The notes: generated by a model from the letters alone, not told the origin. A DNA stretch of 62,353 nt, filler included, from 5 parts of 5 records of this genome joined end to end with filler, not necessarily neighbours in it; one strand, 5' to 3'; shown: positions 42,099 through 53,663, counted from the first letter of the whole stretch. Translations and numbers: made by a program.

Positions 42099-43424
42099 TT
42101 ACTCTTTTCTAACCGTAGAAATGGCATAAAGCGGATATACATCAATGGGCGGATAGGTAGAGAAGTTTTCTAAAGAAAGTCGAATACCTAAATCTCGTTT
42201 TTTTTCTTTTAAAAACATAAACATACTTTGCATTGCTCCTTTATTCGATGCTTTTATCTCTAAAGGCACAATTTGTTCGCCTTGCTGAATAACATAATCT
42301 ATTTCTGCATTACTGTTGGCGTTTTCTCGATGCCAATAATATAAATTTTCTTGCTGCAAAGGATTGCCATATTTCAGATATTCTAGTCCAACAAACATTT
42401 CAGCGATTGCTCCTTTGTTAATAGCATCAAAATCATTTTGAGCTAATAACTTTCCGGCATCCAAGCCTAAAATTCTTTGATAAAGTCCTGTGTCTAATAA
42501 AATAAGTTTACGTTTTTTTTCGTCTAGCTCCGCTCCTAGCGGAATTCCATTGGCAGAACTATGCGTTACGGGAATGACCAAACCCGCCATCATCAATAAT
42601 TGAACCGCCTCCTTGATTTGTACAATACTTGTTTGAGTTGCCGCTTTGGTATAAATAAACTTCCCTCCTGTTTGCTGTATGATGGCATCAAAAACTTCTG
42701 AAATTCTCATAGAAGGTACTCTTTTTTTATATTTGGCAAAATCTGCTTTGATTGAAATGATTAAATCATCCAAAACAGCTTGTACTTCTAATAAACTACT
42801 TCCTTTGGCATATTGAGCAACGGCTTCTGGCATTCCTCCTACTATCAGAAATTTCTTAAAATATTCTGTCAGTTTTTGATGAAAAGGCAAAGCCAAAGGA
42901 TTTGTTGGGCTTGCTTGTTTTTTCAAATTGATAAGTCTTTGTTCTCCTAAACTTCCTAAAAACTCATCAAAAGAAAAGGGATAAACAAAAACAGAGCGCA
43001 CCCTACCAACCCCAAAAGATGGCAGCTGTTCTAATGCAAATTCTAATAATGAACCTGCTGAAATAAGATGTAGCGCTGGCATTTTCTCATAAAAAAAACG
43101 AAGTGATGAAATAGCAGGCAAACACATCTGAATTTCATCAAAAAACAATAAAGTCTTACCCGGAATGATGGGAGTGTTGAAGTATAAAGATAAATTTTCA
43201 CAAATCGTTTTGGGGTCAAGATTTCCATTAAAAAAAGCCTGTACATCTAAAGATTCTTCAAAATTGATTTCAATATAATAGTCAAAATGCTTTGACAATT
43301 CCTGTACAGCTGTCGATTTTCCCACTTGTCTTGCTCCACGAAGCATCAGTGGTTTTCTATCAATTTGGTTTTTCCAATCAAGTAAAACCTTGTCTATTTC
43401 TCTTTCAATATGCACTTTCATCAT
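42099..43424 (-). CDS. AAA+ ATPase (AAA_14) with DUF4143 C-terminus
   Basis: Walker A GARQVGKS, Walker B FFDEIQ, GGMPEAV, DTGL and EIDYVI...PLEIKA motifs. ATG 43424 preferred. Confidence 0.88.
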   Translation of the reverse strand: MMKVHIEREIDKVLLDWKNQIDRKPLMLRGARQVGKSTAVQELSKHFDYYIEINFEESLDVQAFFNGNLDPKTICENLSLYFNTPIIPGKTLLFFDEIQMCLPAISSLRFFYEKMPALHLISAGSLLEFALEQLPSFGVGRVRSVFVYPFSFDEFLGSLGEQRLINLKKQASPTNPLALPFHQKLTEYFKKFLIVGGMPEAVAQYAKGSSLLEVQAVLDDLIISIKADFAKYKKRVPSMRISEVFDAIIQQTGGKFIYTKAATQTSIVQIKEAVQLLMMAGLVIPVTHSSANGIPLGAELDEKKRKLILLDTGLYQRILGLDAGKLLAQNDFDAINKGAIAEMFVGLEYLKYGNPLQQENLYYWHRENANSNAEIDYVIQQGEQIVPLEIKASNKGAMQSMFMFLKEKKRDLGIRLSLENFSTYPPIDVYPLYAISTVRKE

Positions 43425-43736
43425 TTTTCGTACCCGTAAATTCATCACAAATGTGAAAAATAGTAGGCATAAAAACAATTTAAAAGTAATTTATAGGCAT
43501 CTAAAATCATTTTTTGAATATAATGCTGGTTTTAATCATGCTGAATAAATGGTTTTTCATTAGCTCATTACTTTGCATTTGTAAGAAACAGGTAGATATT
43601 CTATCGTTTAATCTTTTTGCTATTGTATAGTGATAGTAAAAGACAGATACAATCTATTTTTTGAACATCTATTAAAAGATAGTTTTCTTAAATTTATAGA
43701 AATGTTAAAATTTTTATAAAAAATATCCTGTTTGAG

Positions 43737-43766
43737 TTAAGGGTTTTCAATTAGCAATTGTGTCTT
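43737..43766 (+). promoter_or_regulatory. Putative ECF-sigma promoter copy 1
   Basis: TTAAGGG-N11-CAATTGTGTCTT, repeated at 44497-44526. Confidence 0.7.
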
Positions 43767-43811
43767 ATGGTTCAACTGGTTATTAACCAGTGTACGGTTA
43801 ATCAAAAAGAT

Positions 43812-44489
43812 ATGCAGATAACAAGCAATTGCGAACCTTACACAGCGACCGAAACAGCACTTTATTCGCCTATGAATGTACCGTCACAGGATGATTGGAA
43901 GCCTCAGGCTTCTGACCAAGAGCTTTTTATTCGGCAAACATTTGAAACAAACGCTCGGTTAGGCTGTGAATTGCTTTTCCGCAGGTATTATGTTGATTTG
44001 TGTAGCCACGCCGCAAGATTTGTAGGGTCTAAAGCAATCGCTGAAGACTTAGTTGCTGATATATTTTGTCAATTTTATGAGCAACAGGTTTTTAGTAGCA
44101 TTACAAGTTCATATCGAGCTTATCTCTATAAAACGGTACGAAACAGGGCTTATAATTATGTTCGACAAACTTTCCAGCGTGAAGTAGAACTTGATGAAGC
44201 ACAGTTTCAAGCTACGGCTGAAACATTACAGCCTGATTCAATTACTGAGTATGACGAACTTTATCAAGACGTAGAAAAAGCCATTCAATCATTACCCACA
44301 CAGCGTAGGCGTATCTATTTGATGCACCGTTTCGAGGGGAAGAAGTACGGAGAGATTGCCGATGAACTTGGGCTTTCGGTTAGAACGATTGAAGTCCACA
44401 TCAGATTAGCTAGCCATACTTTGCGTGAGCTTTTGAAAAGACGTTGGTTTCTTCTGGCTTTTTTCGGGACTTATCTAGTTTTTTTTTGA
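43812..44489 (+). CDS. ECF sigma-70 factor (FecI-like, PUL-associated)
   Basis: AEDLVADIF, YLYKTVRNRAYN and LPTQRRRIYLMHRFEGKKYGEIADELGLS motifs. The start lies downstream of the promoter motif (ATG 43812 or 43872). Confidence 0.9.
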   Translation: MQITSNCEPYTATETALYSPMNVPSQDDWKPQASDQELFIRQTFETNARLGCELLFRRYYVDLCSHAARFVGSKAIAEDLVADIFCQFYEQQVFSSITSSYRAYLYKTVRNRAYNYVRQTFQREVELDEAQFQATAETLQPDSITEYDELYQDVEKAIQSLPTQRRRIYLMHRFEGKKYGEIADELGLSVRTIEVHIRLASHTLRELLKRRWFLLAFFGTYLVFF

Positions 44490-44496
44490 AATAAAA

Positions 44497-44526
44497 TTAA
44501 GGGATTTGAAACACCAATTGTGTCTT
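44497..44526 (+). promoter_or_regulatory. Putative ECF-sigma promoter copy 2
   Basis: TTAAGGG-N11-CAATTGTGTCTT upstream of fecR. Confidence 0.7.
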
Positions 44527-44546
44527 CCTTTTAAATACAACCTGAC

Positions 44547-45551
44547 ATGAACCAATTTGCCAATAAACAACTCATTTTCGATTTCTTAGCTGGTAAAGCA
44601 ACTGCTCATCAGCGGAAGCAAATTGATGAATGGTATCAAAACCCACAGCATCAAGAACTATTTTATGAGTGGCTGGAAGAATGGGAACAATCGCACTTAC
44701 AATTCGTAGCCGATAAACAACAAGCACTCAATCGTTATCATCATTTTTTAGACAATACTCAACTTAAAAATACAGTAGATAACGATAAATTACCTACTCC
44801 AGAATTTTCGTCGTCACGCCGCAATTGGTTCGTTTGGACATTAGCGGCCTCGTTGGTTATTGTTTTGGGTTGTTGGCAATTTCAAAATCAATTGCTGAAT
44901 TACACCTACTCAACAGCTTATGGACAAATCAAAACTATCAAATTATCGGATGGAAGTCAGGTAACACTTAATGCTAATTCAATATTACGAGTACCTCGCT
45001 TTGGTGGCAAAACACGTGAAGTAAAACTAGAAGGAGAAGCTTTATTTTCTATTACTCATACTGCTCAAAACGAGCGATTTGTAGTAAAAACCGATAATGG
45101 AGTTGACGTCGTTGTATTAGGTACAGAGTTTTCTATGTTTGCCAGAAAAAGAGCAACACAAGTAGTATTGCAAAAGGGTAAAGTAGAGTTCCATTATCAG
45201 CAATTTAATCAAGACCATAAGCAAATTACTCTTAAACCTGGCGACTTAGTTTCGCTAGAAAAAGATGGCACTATTCGGTTAAAGCCAACGCTTCAACCAA
45301 CCAATTATTCTTCTTGGCGTGACCACCGTTATGTTTTTGAAGAAACAACTTTGAAGGAAGTTTCGAATTTATTTCAGGAAAATTTTGGGATAAAAATCAA
45401 AATTCCTGACCCTAAAATTGCTGCTTTAAGTATATCTGGAGCTTATCAGGCTCAGACTGCGGATGAATTAATAGCGATTATTGCCGAGGTACTAAATTTA
45501 CAAATCACTAGAGAGGGCGACGAGCTACTACTGTCGTCCAATCCTATTTAA
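44547..45551 (+). CDS. FecR family anti-sigma factor
   Basis: TM helix; LSDGSQVTLNANS, REVKLEGEALF and VVVLGTEF motifs. Confidence 0.93.
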   Translation: MNQFANKQLIFDFLAGKATAHQRKQIDEWYQNPQHQELFYEWLEEWEQSHLQFVADKQQALNRYHHFLDNTQLKNTVDNDKLPTPEFSSSRRNWFVWTLAASLVIVLGCWQFQNQLLNYTYSTAYGQIKTIKLSDGSQVTLNANSILRVPRFGGKTREVKLEGEALFSITHTAQNERFVVKTDNGVDVVVLGTEFSMFARKRATQVVLQKGKVEFHYQQFNQDHKQITLKPGDLVSLEKDGTIRLKPTLQPTNYSSWRDHRYVFEETTLKEVSNLFQENFGIKIKIPDPKIAALSISGAYQAQTADELIAIIAEVLNLQITREGDELLLSSNPI

Positions 45552-45563
45552 CCATTTTCATTT

Positions 45564-48500
45564 ATGTTTACAAATTTTACTAAGCTCCAGGCTATTTGTC
45601 TGGTAGTAGGGCTGACTGTTTCCAGTCAGTTAATGTCAACCCCACTCTCAAAATTAATTCAAGCTACCAACTCCAAAGTTAAACCACTTGAAGAACCTAC
45701 TCGGTCTCTAGTAGATGTACTGCAAGACTTAAAACAGCGGTATAGAGTAGATATTCTTTACGGAGATCAACTTGTGCGTGGAAGCCTGATGGTACAGACT
45801 CGTTTGCTCAATCAAAAAAACAGCATTGAAGAAAGTCTAAAAATTGTACTGAAAAATACAGGACTGCAATTCCGTAAAGTAAAAAATGGTTCGTATTTAA
45901 TAATTGGACAATCCAAAAGCCCAAAACTAACATCAAGTACACAAAATTATACTGAATTACCATCCGAAAATCCAGTATCAGGAACAACATCAATTAGTAA
46001 CAACACAAGCCTGAAAGAAACTTCTTCTGCTATCAATACAGAACATACCATAGCAGGAAAGGTAACGGGCGAAAATGGTGAAACATTACCAGGTGTCAAT
46101 ATCGTATTGAAAGGTACTACTCGTGGAACATCCACAGATGGCGACGGAAAATATCAGATAAATGTCCCTGAAAAAGATGACAATATGCTGGTTTTTTCGA
46201 TGGTGGGCTATGCTACTCAAGAAGTAGTGGTTGGTACTCGTACTATGGTTGATATTCAGTTATTACAAGAAAAAAAGCTCCTTGAAGAAGTAGTAGTAAT
46301 TGGTTATGGCACACAAAAGAAAGCCGATGTTACTGGTGCTATTGCCTCAATCAGTTCAAATGTCATTGCAAGAGCTGCTACACCAGACCCAACAGGAGCT
46401 TTGCAGGGACAAATGCCTGGAGTGGTTGTGGTAAAAAATGTAGGAAAGCCAGGAAGTGGTTATAATATTAATATACGAGGTACCAGCTCGATAGGTGGTT
46501 CAAATTCTCCTTTATATGTTATTGATGGTATTCCTTCTACTTCTGGTTTAAATGAATTAAATCCAGCAGACATTGAAAAAATAGATATTTTAAAAGATGC
46601 CTCAGCCACGGCAATTTATGGTTCTAGAGGTGCCAAAGGAGTCGTAATTGTCACAACAAAAAGAGGGAAATCTGGAAAAACAATCATTTCATACGATGCT
46701 TATACAGGTATAAGAGCCCCAAGACATTTACCACAAATGTTTAGTGGTAGCGAATATGTTGCTTATCGTACCGAAATGTTTAAGGCTCAAGGTAAGGATA
46801 TTTCTCGTAACAATACCTTGTTTTTTACACCAGAACAATGGAAGAATATTGATGAAGGAAAATATACTGATTGGCCTTCACTCCTACTGAAAAATGGTAT
46901 CCAAATGAACCACAACATAACAGCAAGTGGTGGCGATGATAAAACTCGCTTTGCCTTAAGTGCTGGTTTATTGCAAGAACAAGGAAATGTTGACCCAGAA
47001 GATTTCAAACGATACACCCTCCGTGGAAATGTTGACAGACAGGTTAACGATAAGTGGAAGATTGGTTTAAGTTTTTATTTATCTCAAAATTTACAAAATT
47101 TGGGTAGTTCAGAGTCTTTACGCTCTGCTTATCGCCTTCCTCCAATCACTTATCCTTATGATAACTCAGGTGCATTGGTATATAGAGTATATGGAACCAA
47201 TACTGTAACAAACCCATTTTTCGACCAACAAAACGAAATTCGTCAAAATCGTAATTTCAGGACCTTTGGAAACCTGTATGTACAAGTACAACCAATTGCA
47301 AACCTAACGTTAAAATCAACAATATCGCCCAATTATTCTGCTTCTAGGAGTGGCTATTATTATGGACCACTTACCAAGCAAAGCCTGGGCGGTGCTGTAC
47401 CTACTCAAGCTAACAATAGTACTTCAGAACAATTCACTTGGGTCTTGGATAATCAGGCAATTTATGAAACAAGTTTTGGAGAACATAAACTAACCGCTAC
47501 TGTTGTACAAAGTTTACTGAAAGACCGTTTGGAATCGAATACAATCACTGTTTAAGGACTTCCCTATGCCTCTTTATGGTATAATTTAGCAACGGGCAAC
47601 AGAGTCCTTAACTATGGTTCTGGCTATACATTATCTACTTTAGCCTCGGCAATGGGACGTATTAATTATAGTTATAAAGATAAATATCTTTTAACTGCAA
47701 CAAGCAGATGGGATGGCTCATCGAGGCTGGCAGAAGGAAACCAATGGGGATTTTTCCCTTCCGCTTCTTTAGCTTGGCGAATATCAAATGAAGAGTTTTT
47801 AAAAAATGTTTCTGCCATTAACGATTTAAAGTTAAGACTCAGTTATGGTATTACTGGTAATGACAGAGTTGAGCCCTACTCTACACAAGCAATACTTGGA
47901 CAAACGTTTTACGATTTTGGTGGAACAATTGCGCCAGGATACGCCCCTAATCAACTACCCAACAAGAAGTTAACTTGGGAAACAACTCGTGAAATTAATG
48001 TTGGATTAGATTTTAATTTAGTCAATGGACGTATCTCTGGAAGTATAGATGTATATGATAGAAATATTGATAATATACTCTTGAATCGCCAGTTACCAGC
48101 ACCATCAGGTTGGAACTCCATCACTGATAACATTGGTAAATTAAGAAACAGTGGGATAGAAATTGGTCTAAGTACTGTCAATATCAGAAGAGGGAAATTT
48201 TCTTGGAAAAGTGATTTCGTCTTTGATTCAAATAAAAATAGAATACTTGAGCTAAGCGGTGGGAAAAAAGATGATGTTGGTAACCGTTTATTCATTGGTC
48301 AGCCAGTACAGGTAAATTATGATTATGTTTTTGATGGAATTTGGCAACTCGACCAAAAAGACGAAGCAGCAAAGTATAATCAAAAACCGGGGCAAATTCG
48401 TGTGAAAGACCTTGATAATAATGGTGTTATCAATGCCAACGATAGACAAATTATTGGTAAAAGAATACCAACTTGGACGGGGTCATTCTCAAATACTTTC

Positions 48501-48926
48501 CGCTACGGAAATATTGATTTATTCGTAATGTTATATACTCGTCGTGGGGAACAATATGCTAGTTCATTCGATGCCACTTTGATGAACTACAATTCGGATT
48601 TTAATCAAGTTAAGATAGACTACTGGACTGCCACAAATCCATCTCAAACACATTTTCAGCCGGGTAATCCTGGTCCATATACTGTAATACCTACCTATCG
48701 AAATGTTGATTTTACAAGGATAAGTAATATCACTTTAGGATATAATTTGCCAGACCACTTAGTTAAGAGACTCAAAGTAAACAACTTAAGAGTCTATGCT
48801 ACGGCTACTAATCCGTTTTTATTTACCCAATATGAAGGCTTTGATCCTGAGTGGCCAGCGACAAATACTTATGGAACAGCAGTAAGCTCTGCATCCTACA
48901 TATTTGGTGTCAATTTTTCATTTTAA
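45564..48926 (+). pseudogene. susC: SusC/RagA TonB-dependent transporter with one in-frame TAA (47553-47555)
   Basis: Track ORFs 45564-47555 and 47652-48926 share a frame, and the gap translates openly (NTITV*GLPYASLWYNLATG...SAMGRINY). SusC motifs ILKDASATAIYGSRGAKGV and RWDGSSRLAEGNQWGFFPS are present. Could be an assembly error. Confidence 0.8.
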
Positions 48927-48942
48927 TGTCAAATAATCAATC

Positions 48943-50640
48943 ATGAAAAAGATATATTGTCTATTAACGACTATACTAACAATAGGAATGGTTTCCTGTA
49001 AAGATTTTCTCAAAGAAGAAAACTTAACTGGAATAACGAGTGAAAACTTTTATACCAATGCCGCTGGTTACGAAGCATTGGTCAATTCATGCTATGCCTC
49101 TTTGCGTGATATTTATGATATCAATCCAAGCTTGTTTGAATGGGGAACGGACATTACAACAAGAGGAGAAATCGAAGCTGTAAGTGGTACTGTTGGCGAC
49201 CTCGTAGTTCGAGCTACTGGCATCAATGAGTACAAAACGTTATCTACTGATAATTCAGCCGTAAATGATTTTTTCTCTGCTGCTTACGCAGGCATCCAAC
49301 GTTGTAATACTGCCATCAATAAAGCCAATAGTATTCCGGGCTTAACAGAAAGCCTGAAAAATAAACGTGTTGCTGAAGTACGATTTATCAGAGCCTACTA
49401 TTATTATTTACTTGTTGAAAATTTTGGGGGAATTCCAATTGTACAAGATGAAATCAATACACCAATTACTCATTTTGTACCTAATTCAGAACAAGAAGTA
49501 TATCAGTTTATTATCGAAGAATTGAACAAATCTTTACCTGAAGTAGATGTAAGCTCTTCTGATTTTGGAAGAATTACGCAGGGTGCTACCAAACACTTAT
49601 TATCACTTGTTTACTTAACTAGAGGTTATAAAACCTTCGCATCGAGTACCGATTTTGCTAAATCTGCACAATTGGCTGAAGAAGTTATTAGCAATGGAAA
49701 TTATACATTACTTTCTTCTTTTGCAGATGTATTCAAGGCTGATAATCAAAAAAATAAAGAAATTATTTTCTCTATTCAATACGATGCAAGCAGTTTAAGA
49801 AATAAAACAGTAGGGAACGGGCAGAATTTGTTCTTCGGTTGGCGTATATTTCGAGAACCAGGCTTTTATGACGGTGAAGTTGCTACTTATAACAGAAGAA
49901 TTTCGGATTTTATGCCAACACAATTTTTATATACTTTGTACAATACAGCCAAAGATGCTCGTTATGATGCTACTTTTTTGAGCCAGTTTTACGCCGTGAA
50001 AGATGATAAATTAGGAACAACAACAATAAAAAAAGGTGATTTAAGATTTTATTTTCCATATCCAGATCAACCTTTTACTAGTCAGGATTCTATCGCTCTT
50101 AAAACAGCCAATCCTAATGTTGAAATCGTGCGATTTAACAAGTGGAAACAAGATTTTCAAGGTATTGGTGGTGCTTTAAAATTCCCTATGATTAATAAGT
50201 TTTTTGACCCACAAGCCATGCCTCCTGGAAACCACGAACGTGCTTACAGCAATACAAGAGATATTTTTATTTTCAGATTCGCTGAAACCTATCTGATTGC
50301 CGCCGAAGCTTACTTCAAAATGGGACAGTTGGACAAGGCTTCCGAAAAGCTCAACCTTATTAGAAAACGTGCCACCAAAGCTGGACAAAATTTGAACATT
50401 GCATCAAGTGATGTAAGCATAGATTTTATACTAGATGAACGAGCAAGAGAACTAGCAGGAGAATACAAACGCTGGCTAGACTTAAAACGTACTCGTAAAT
50501 TAAACAGAGCATTTGAACAAAATATTTTAACCAAAATGGCAAATCCAAGCGGTGTAATTGACAAGTATTATCTTCGTCCTATACCACAATCTGTAATTGA
50601 CAGAGATTCAGAAGGCTATCCACAGAATCCGGGTTATTAA
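48943..50640 (+). CDS. susD: SusD/RagB family lipoprotein
   Basis: Lipobox MVSC; AEVRFIRAYYY, FRFAETYLIAAEA and ILDERARELAGEYKRWLDLKR motifs; terminal PQNPGY. Confidence 0.95.
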   Translation: MKKIYCLLTTILTIGMVSCKDFLKEENLTGITSENFYTNAAGYEALVNSCYASLRDIYDINPSLFEWGTDITTRGEIEAVSGTVGDLVVRATGINEYKTLSTDNSAVNDFFSAAYAGIQRCNTAINKANSIPGLTESLKNKRVAEVRFIRAYYYYLLVENFGGIPIVQDEINTPITHFVPNSEQEVYQFIIEELNKSLPEVDVSSSDFGRITQGATKHLLSLVYLTRGYKTFASSTDFAKSAQLAEEVISNGNYTLLSSFADVFKADNQKNKEIIFSIQYDASSLRNKTVGNGQNLFFGWRIFREPGFYDGEVATYNRRISDFMPTQFLYTLYNTAKDARYDATFLSQFYAVKDDKLGTTTIKKGDLRFYFPYPDQPFTSQDSIALKTANPNVEIVRFNKWKQDFQGIGGALKFPMINKFFDPQAMPPGNHERAYSNTRDIFIFRFAETYLIAAEAYFKMGQLDKASEKLNLIRKRATKAGQNLNIASSDVSIDFILDERARELAGEYKRWLDLKRTRKLNRAFEQNILTKMANPSGVIDKYYLRPIPQSVIDRDSEGYPQNPGY

Positions 50641-50653
50641 TTTTTTAGTACAG

Positions 50654-50683
50654 AAGCAAAGAGAACAGAACTCTTTGCTTTTT
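50654..50683 (+). terminator. Hairpin/terminator after susD
   Basis: AAGCAAAGAG-AACAGAA-CTCTTTGCTTTTT. Confidence 0.65.
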
Positions 50684-50747
50684 GTGCTAAATATAAGTTT
50701 GACAAAATACTTCTTTTGAATCATTATTGGACATATCCAGAACTATT

Positions 50748-52157
50748 ATGAAAATATTATTACCTATCCTTTCAATCCTTTTCATATTAAATACTCCAGC
50801 GAAAGCTCAAAAGCAAGAAGCCTATCAAGCTATTCACTCTGGAATACCTTGGTTTGATAACCAGAAAAATATTGTTAGTGCCCACGGAGCATGTATTGTG
50901 AAAGAAAACAATCGCTTTTATTTTTTTGGTGAGAAACATTCAGACAGCAGTAATGTCTTTACTGGTTTTAATTGTTATTCTTCTACAGACCTTTACAATT
51001 GGACATTTGAAAGTATTGCTTTGCCTGTACAAAATTCAGGTAGATTAGGTTCGAACAGAGTTGGCGAACGAGCAAAAGTAATGAAATGCCCAAAAACAGG
51101 AGAATTTGTGATGTTCATGCACACAGATAGTACTAATTACAAAGATCAATGTCTTGGCTATGCTACTTCCAAAACAATTACTGGACCTTATGTTTTCAAA
51201 GGTCCATTACTTTTCAATGGAAATTTAATTCGTAAATGGGATATGGGGACTTTCCAAGATAATGATGGCTCCGGTTACATTTTAATACATGGTGGTGAAA
51301 TTTATAAACTCAACGACGATTATAAAAGTGTTGTAAAACAAGTGCATAAAAATATTTCATCTGGATTTGAATCCCCGACGATTTTTCGAAAAGATAGTAC
51401 TTACTACTTTTTAGGTTCTCATTTAACAAGCTGGGAAAGAAATGATAATTATTATTATACAGCCAATTCGCTAGAAGGTCCTTGGACATTTCAAGGGCTT
51501 TTCGCACCACAAGGCACACTTACTTGGAACTCGCAAAGTACTTTTGTACTTCCAATAAAAGGCTCAAAAGAAACAACTTATATGTTTATGGGTGACAGAT
51601 GGTCTTTCCCTCGACAAGCTTCTGCGGCAACTTATATTTGGCAACCTTTTATGATTGCTGGCAATTCTTTGAGCCTTCCCTCCTACAAGGATACTTGGAA
51701 GATAAACTTGAAAACAGGAGTGGTTACTTATCCAAAGGATACCCAAAAAGTAATCAGTCATGCTGATAAAAAATCAATTACTTATACTGGACAATGGCAA
51801 AACAATGTTTCTGATACTTTAAACATCCAATATTCGAATGAGAAAGGAGCAAGCTTTTCGGTAAATTTCACAGGAAAACAAATTGGCTTTTATGGTTTAC
51901 TTCGTCCTGATGGCGGTTATGCAAAAGTAAATGTTGTGAATAGTAAAGGTAAAAAAGTGTTATCTGCTTTGGTTGATATGTACTGCAAATATCCAATAGC
52001 ATCATTGGTTTTTCTATCACCATCTTTACCAAAAGACAAGTATCAATTAACAGTAACGGTTACAGGTGAACACGGAACTTGGTCTGATAAAAGAAAATCA
52101 AATTATGGCAGTAGCGATAATTTTGTGTCTCTCAGTAAAATCATTATTAACGAATAA
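50748..52157 (+). CDS. GH43-like five-bladed beta-propeller glycoside hydrolase (GH43_24-like) with C-terminal beta-sandwich
   Basis: Signal peptide; IVSAHGA, YSSTDLYNW, VGERAKV, DMGTFQDNDG, FESP and MFMGDRW motifs. Confidence 0.8.
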   Translation: MKILLPILSILFILNTPAKAQKQEAYQAIHSGIPWFDNQKNIVSAHGACIVKENNRFYFFGEKHSDSSNVFTGFNCYSSTDLYNWTFESIALPVQNSGRLGSNRVGERAKVMKCPKTGEFVMFMHTDSTNYKDQCLGYATSKTITGPYVFKGPLLFNGNLIRKWDMGTFQDNDGSGYILIHGGEIYKLNDDYKSVVKQVHKNISSGFESPTIFRKDSTYYFLGSHLTSWERNDNYYYTANSLEGPWTFQGLFAPQGTLTWNSQSTFVLPIKGSKETTYMFMGDRWSFPRQASAATYIWQPFMIAGNSLSLPSYKDTWKINLKTGVVTYPKDTQKVISHADKKSITYTGQWQNNVSDTLNIQYSNEKGASFSVNFTGKQIGFYGLLRPDGGYAKVNVVNSKGKKVLSALVDMYCKYPIASLVFLSPSLPKDKYQLTVTVTGEHGTWSDKRKSNYGSSDNFVSLSKIIINE

Positions 52158-52254
52158 ATGTATTATCTTATCAAATAGGTAAAAGTAGTTTAAGCGTGTT
52201 GTTGGCTTTAAACTAAAATATCAAGTTTTATCAAATATCATACTCTCAAAATTT

Positions 52255-53619
52255 ATGAAAAAAGTATCCTTCTTTTTAATCGCTGTTACAATCCTTTCTT
52301 GCCTTTCTTTCAAAGGCAAATGCCAAGTGCCTTCTTTTGATTATCTGAATGTCAAAGCTCCTTTTGATATGCCTAAAATTAAAATTCCAAATTTTAGTAA
52401 ATGTCAAAAGTTTTTGATTACTGAATTCGGTGCTGAGCCAAATGACAAACAAAAAACCTCAAAAGCTATTGAACAAGCTATTTATAAAGCCAATCAGATT
52501 GGAGGGGGAATTGTGATTATCCCAGCAGGAGAATGGAAAACGGGAAAAGTACACTTCAAAAGTAATGTTAATTTACATTTAGAAAAAGGTGCTATTTTAA
52601 GTTTTTCGGGAAATCCAGAAGATTATCTCCCTGCCGTACACAGCACTTGGGAAGGAATGGAATGCTATAATTACTCTCCATTGATTTATGCGTATCAATG
52701 TAAAAATATTGCGATTACTGGACAAGGAGAAATAAAGGCAGAAATGGATACTTGGAAAAAGTGGTTTGCTCGTCCGAAAGCACACATGGAAAGCTTGAAA
52801 AGATTGTACAATTTATCGGCTAAGAATATTCCTGTTACAGAAAGACAAATGGTAAATGATACGGCAAATCTTCGTCCACAATTTGTACAGTTCAATCGTT
52901 GTGAGAACATTGTATTGGAAGGAATTTCTATCACAAACAGCCCATTCTGGACAATCCATCCTTATTTATGCAAAAATATAGTTATCAGAAATATCAAAGT
53001 ATATGCACATGGACATAATAATGATGGCGTTGACCCTGAAATGACGCAAAATTTATTGATTGAAAACTGCACTTTCGACCAAGGAGATGATGCCATTGCC
53101 ATTAAATCTGGGAGAAATCAAGAAGGTTGGAGAATTAAAGTACCTTCAAAAAACATTGTAATCCGTAATTGTAATGTAAAAAATGGGCATCAATTGCTGG
53201 CACTCGGTAGCGAATTGTCGGGAGGTATCGAAAATGTATTCATGGATAATTGTAATGTAGTAGATGGCGCAAAATTGAATCATTTAGTATTTATAAAAAC
53301 CAATGAACGCATGGGTGGATATGTAAAAAATATTCATATTTCTAATATCACTTCAGGAAAAATAGACCTTGGCATTTTGGGAATAGAAACCGATGTGTTG
53401 TATCAATGGAGAACTTTAGTTCCTACTTATGAAAGAAGACTCACTCCTATTCAAGACATTTATTTAAAGAATTTAAAAGCGACGAACGTAAAATTTATTT
53501 CAAGAATTTTAGGTCAAAAAGAACTTCCTATCAAAAATGTATCGCTAAAAAATGTTTCAGCCGATTTGGTGGCAGACAAGAAAAACATTCATGAAAATAT
53601 TGTGAATTTTACAGAATAA
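52255..53619 (+). CDS. GH28 polygalacturonase-family glycoside hydrolase
   Basis: NSPFW, NNDGVD, GDDAIAIKSG, GH..LGSE and IKT motifs. Confidence 0.92.
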   Translation: MKKVSFFLIAVTILSCLSFKGKCQVPSFDYLNVKAPFDMPKIKIPNFSKCQKFLITEFGAEPNDKQKTSKAIEQAIYKANQIGGGIVIIPAGEWKTGKVHFKSNVNLHLEKGAILSFSGNPEDYLPAVHSTWEGMECYNYSPLIYAYQCKNIAITGQGEIKAEMDTWKKWFARPKAHMESLKRLYNLSAKNIPVTERQMVNDTANLRPQFVQFNRCENIVLEGISITNSPFWTIHPYLCKNIVIRNIKVYAHGHNNDGVDPEMTQNLLIENCTFDQGDDAIAIKSGRNQEGWRIKVPSKNIVIRNCNVKNGHQLLALGSELSGGIENVFMDNCNVVDGAKLNHLVFIKTNERMGGYVKNIHISNITSGKIDLGILGIETDVLYQWRTLVPTYERRLTPIQDIYLKNLKATNVKFISRILGQKELPIKNVSLKNVSADLVADKKNIHENIVNFTE

Positions 53620-53663
53620 CTGAAAAAAGAACAGCTTTTATTAATCTAATAAAACAAAATTAT

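Noticed and set aside
47553..47555. Stop-codon reassignment or programmed readthrough in susC
   Set aside because: TAA ends many genes normally in this window, no other gene is interrupted, and TAA is not a Sec/Pyl codon.
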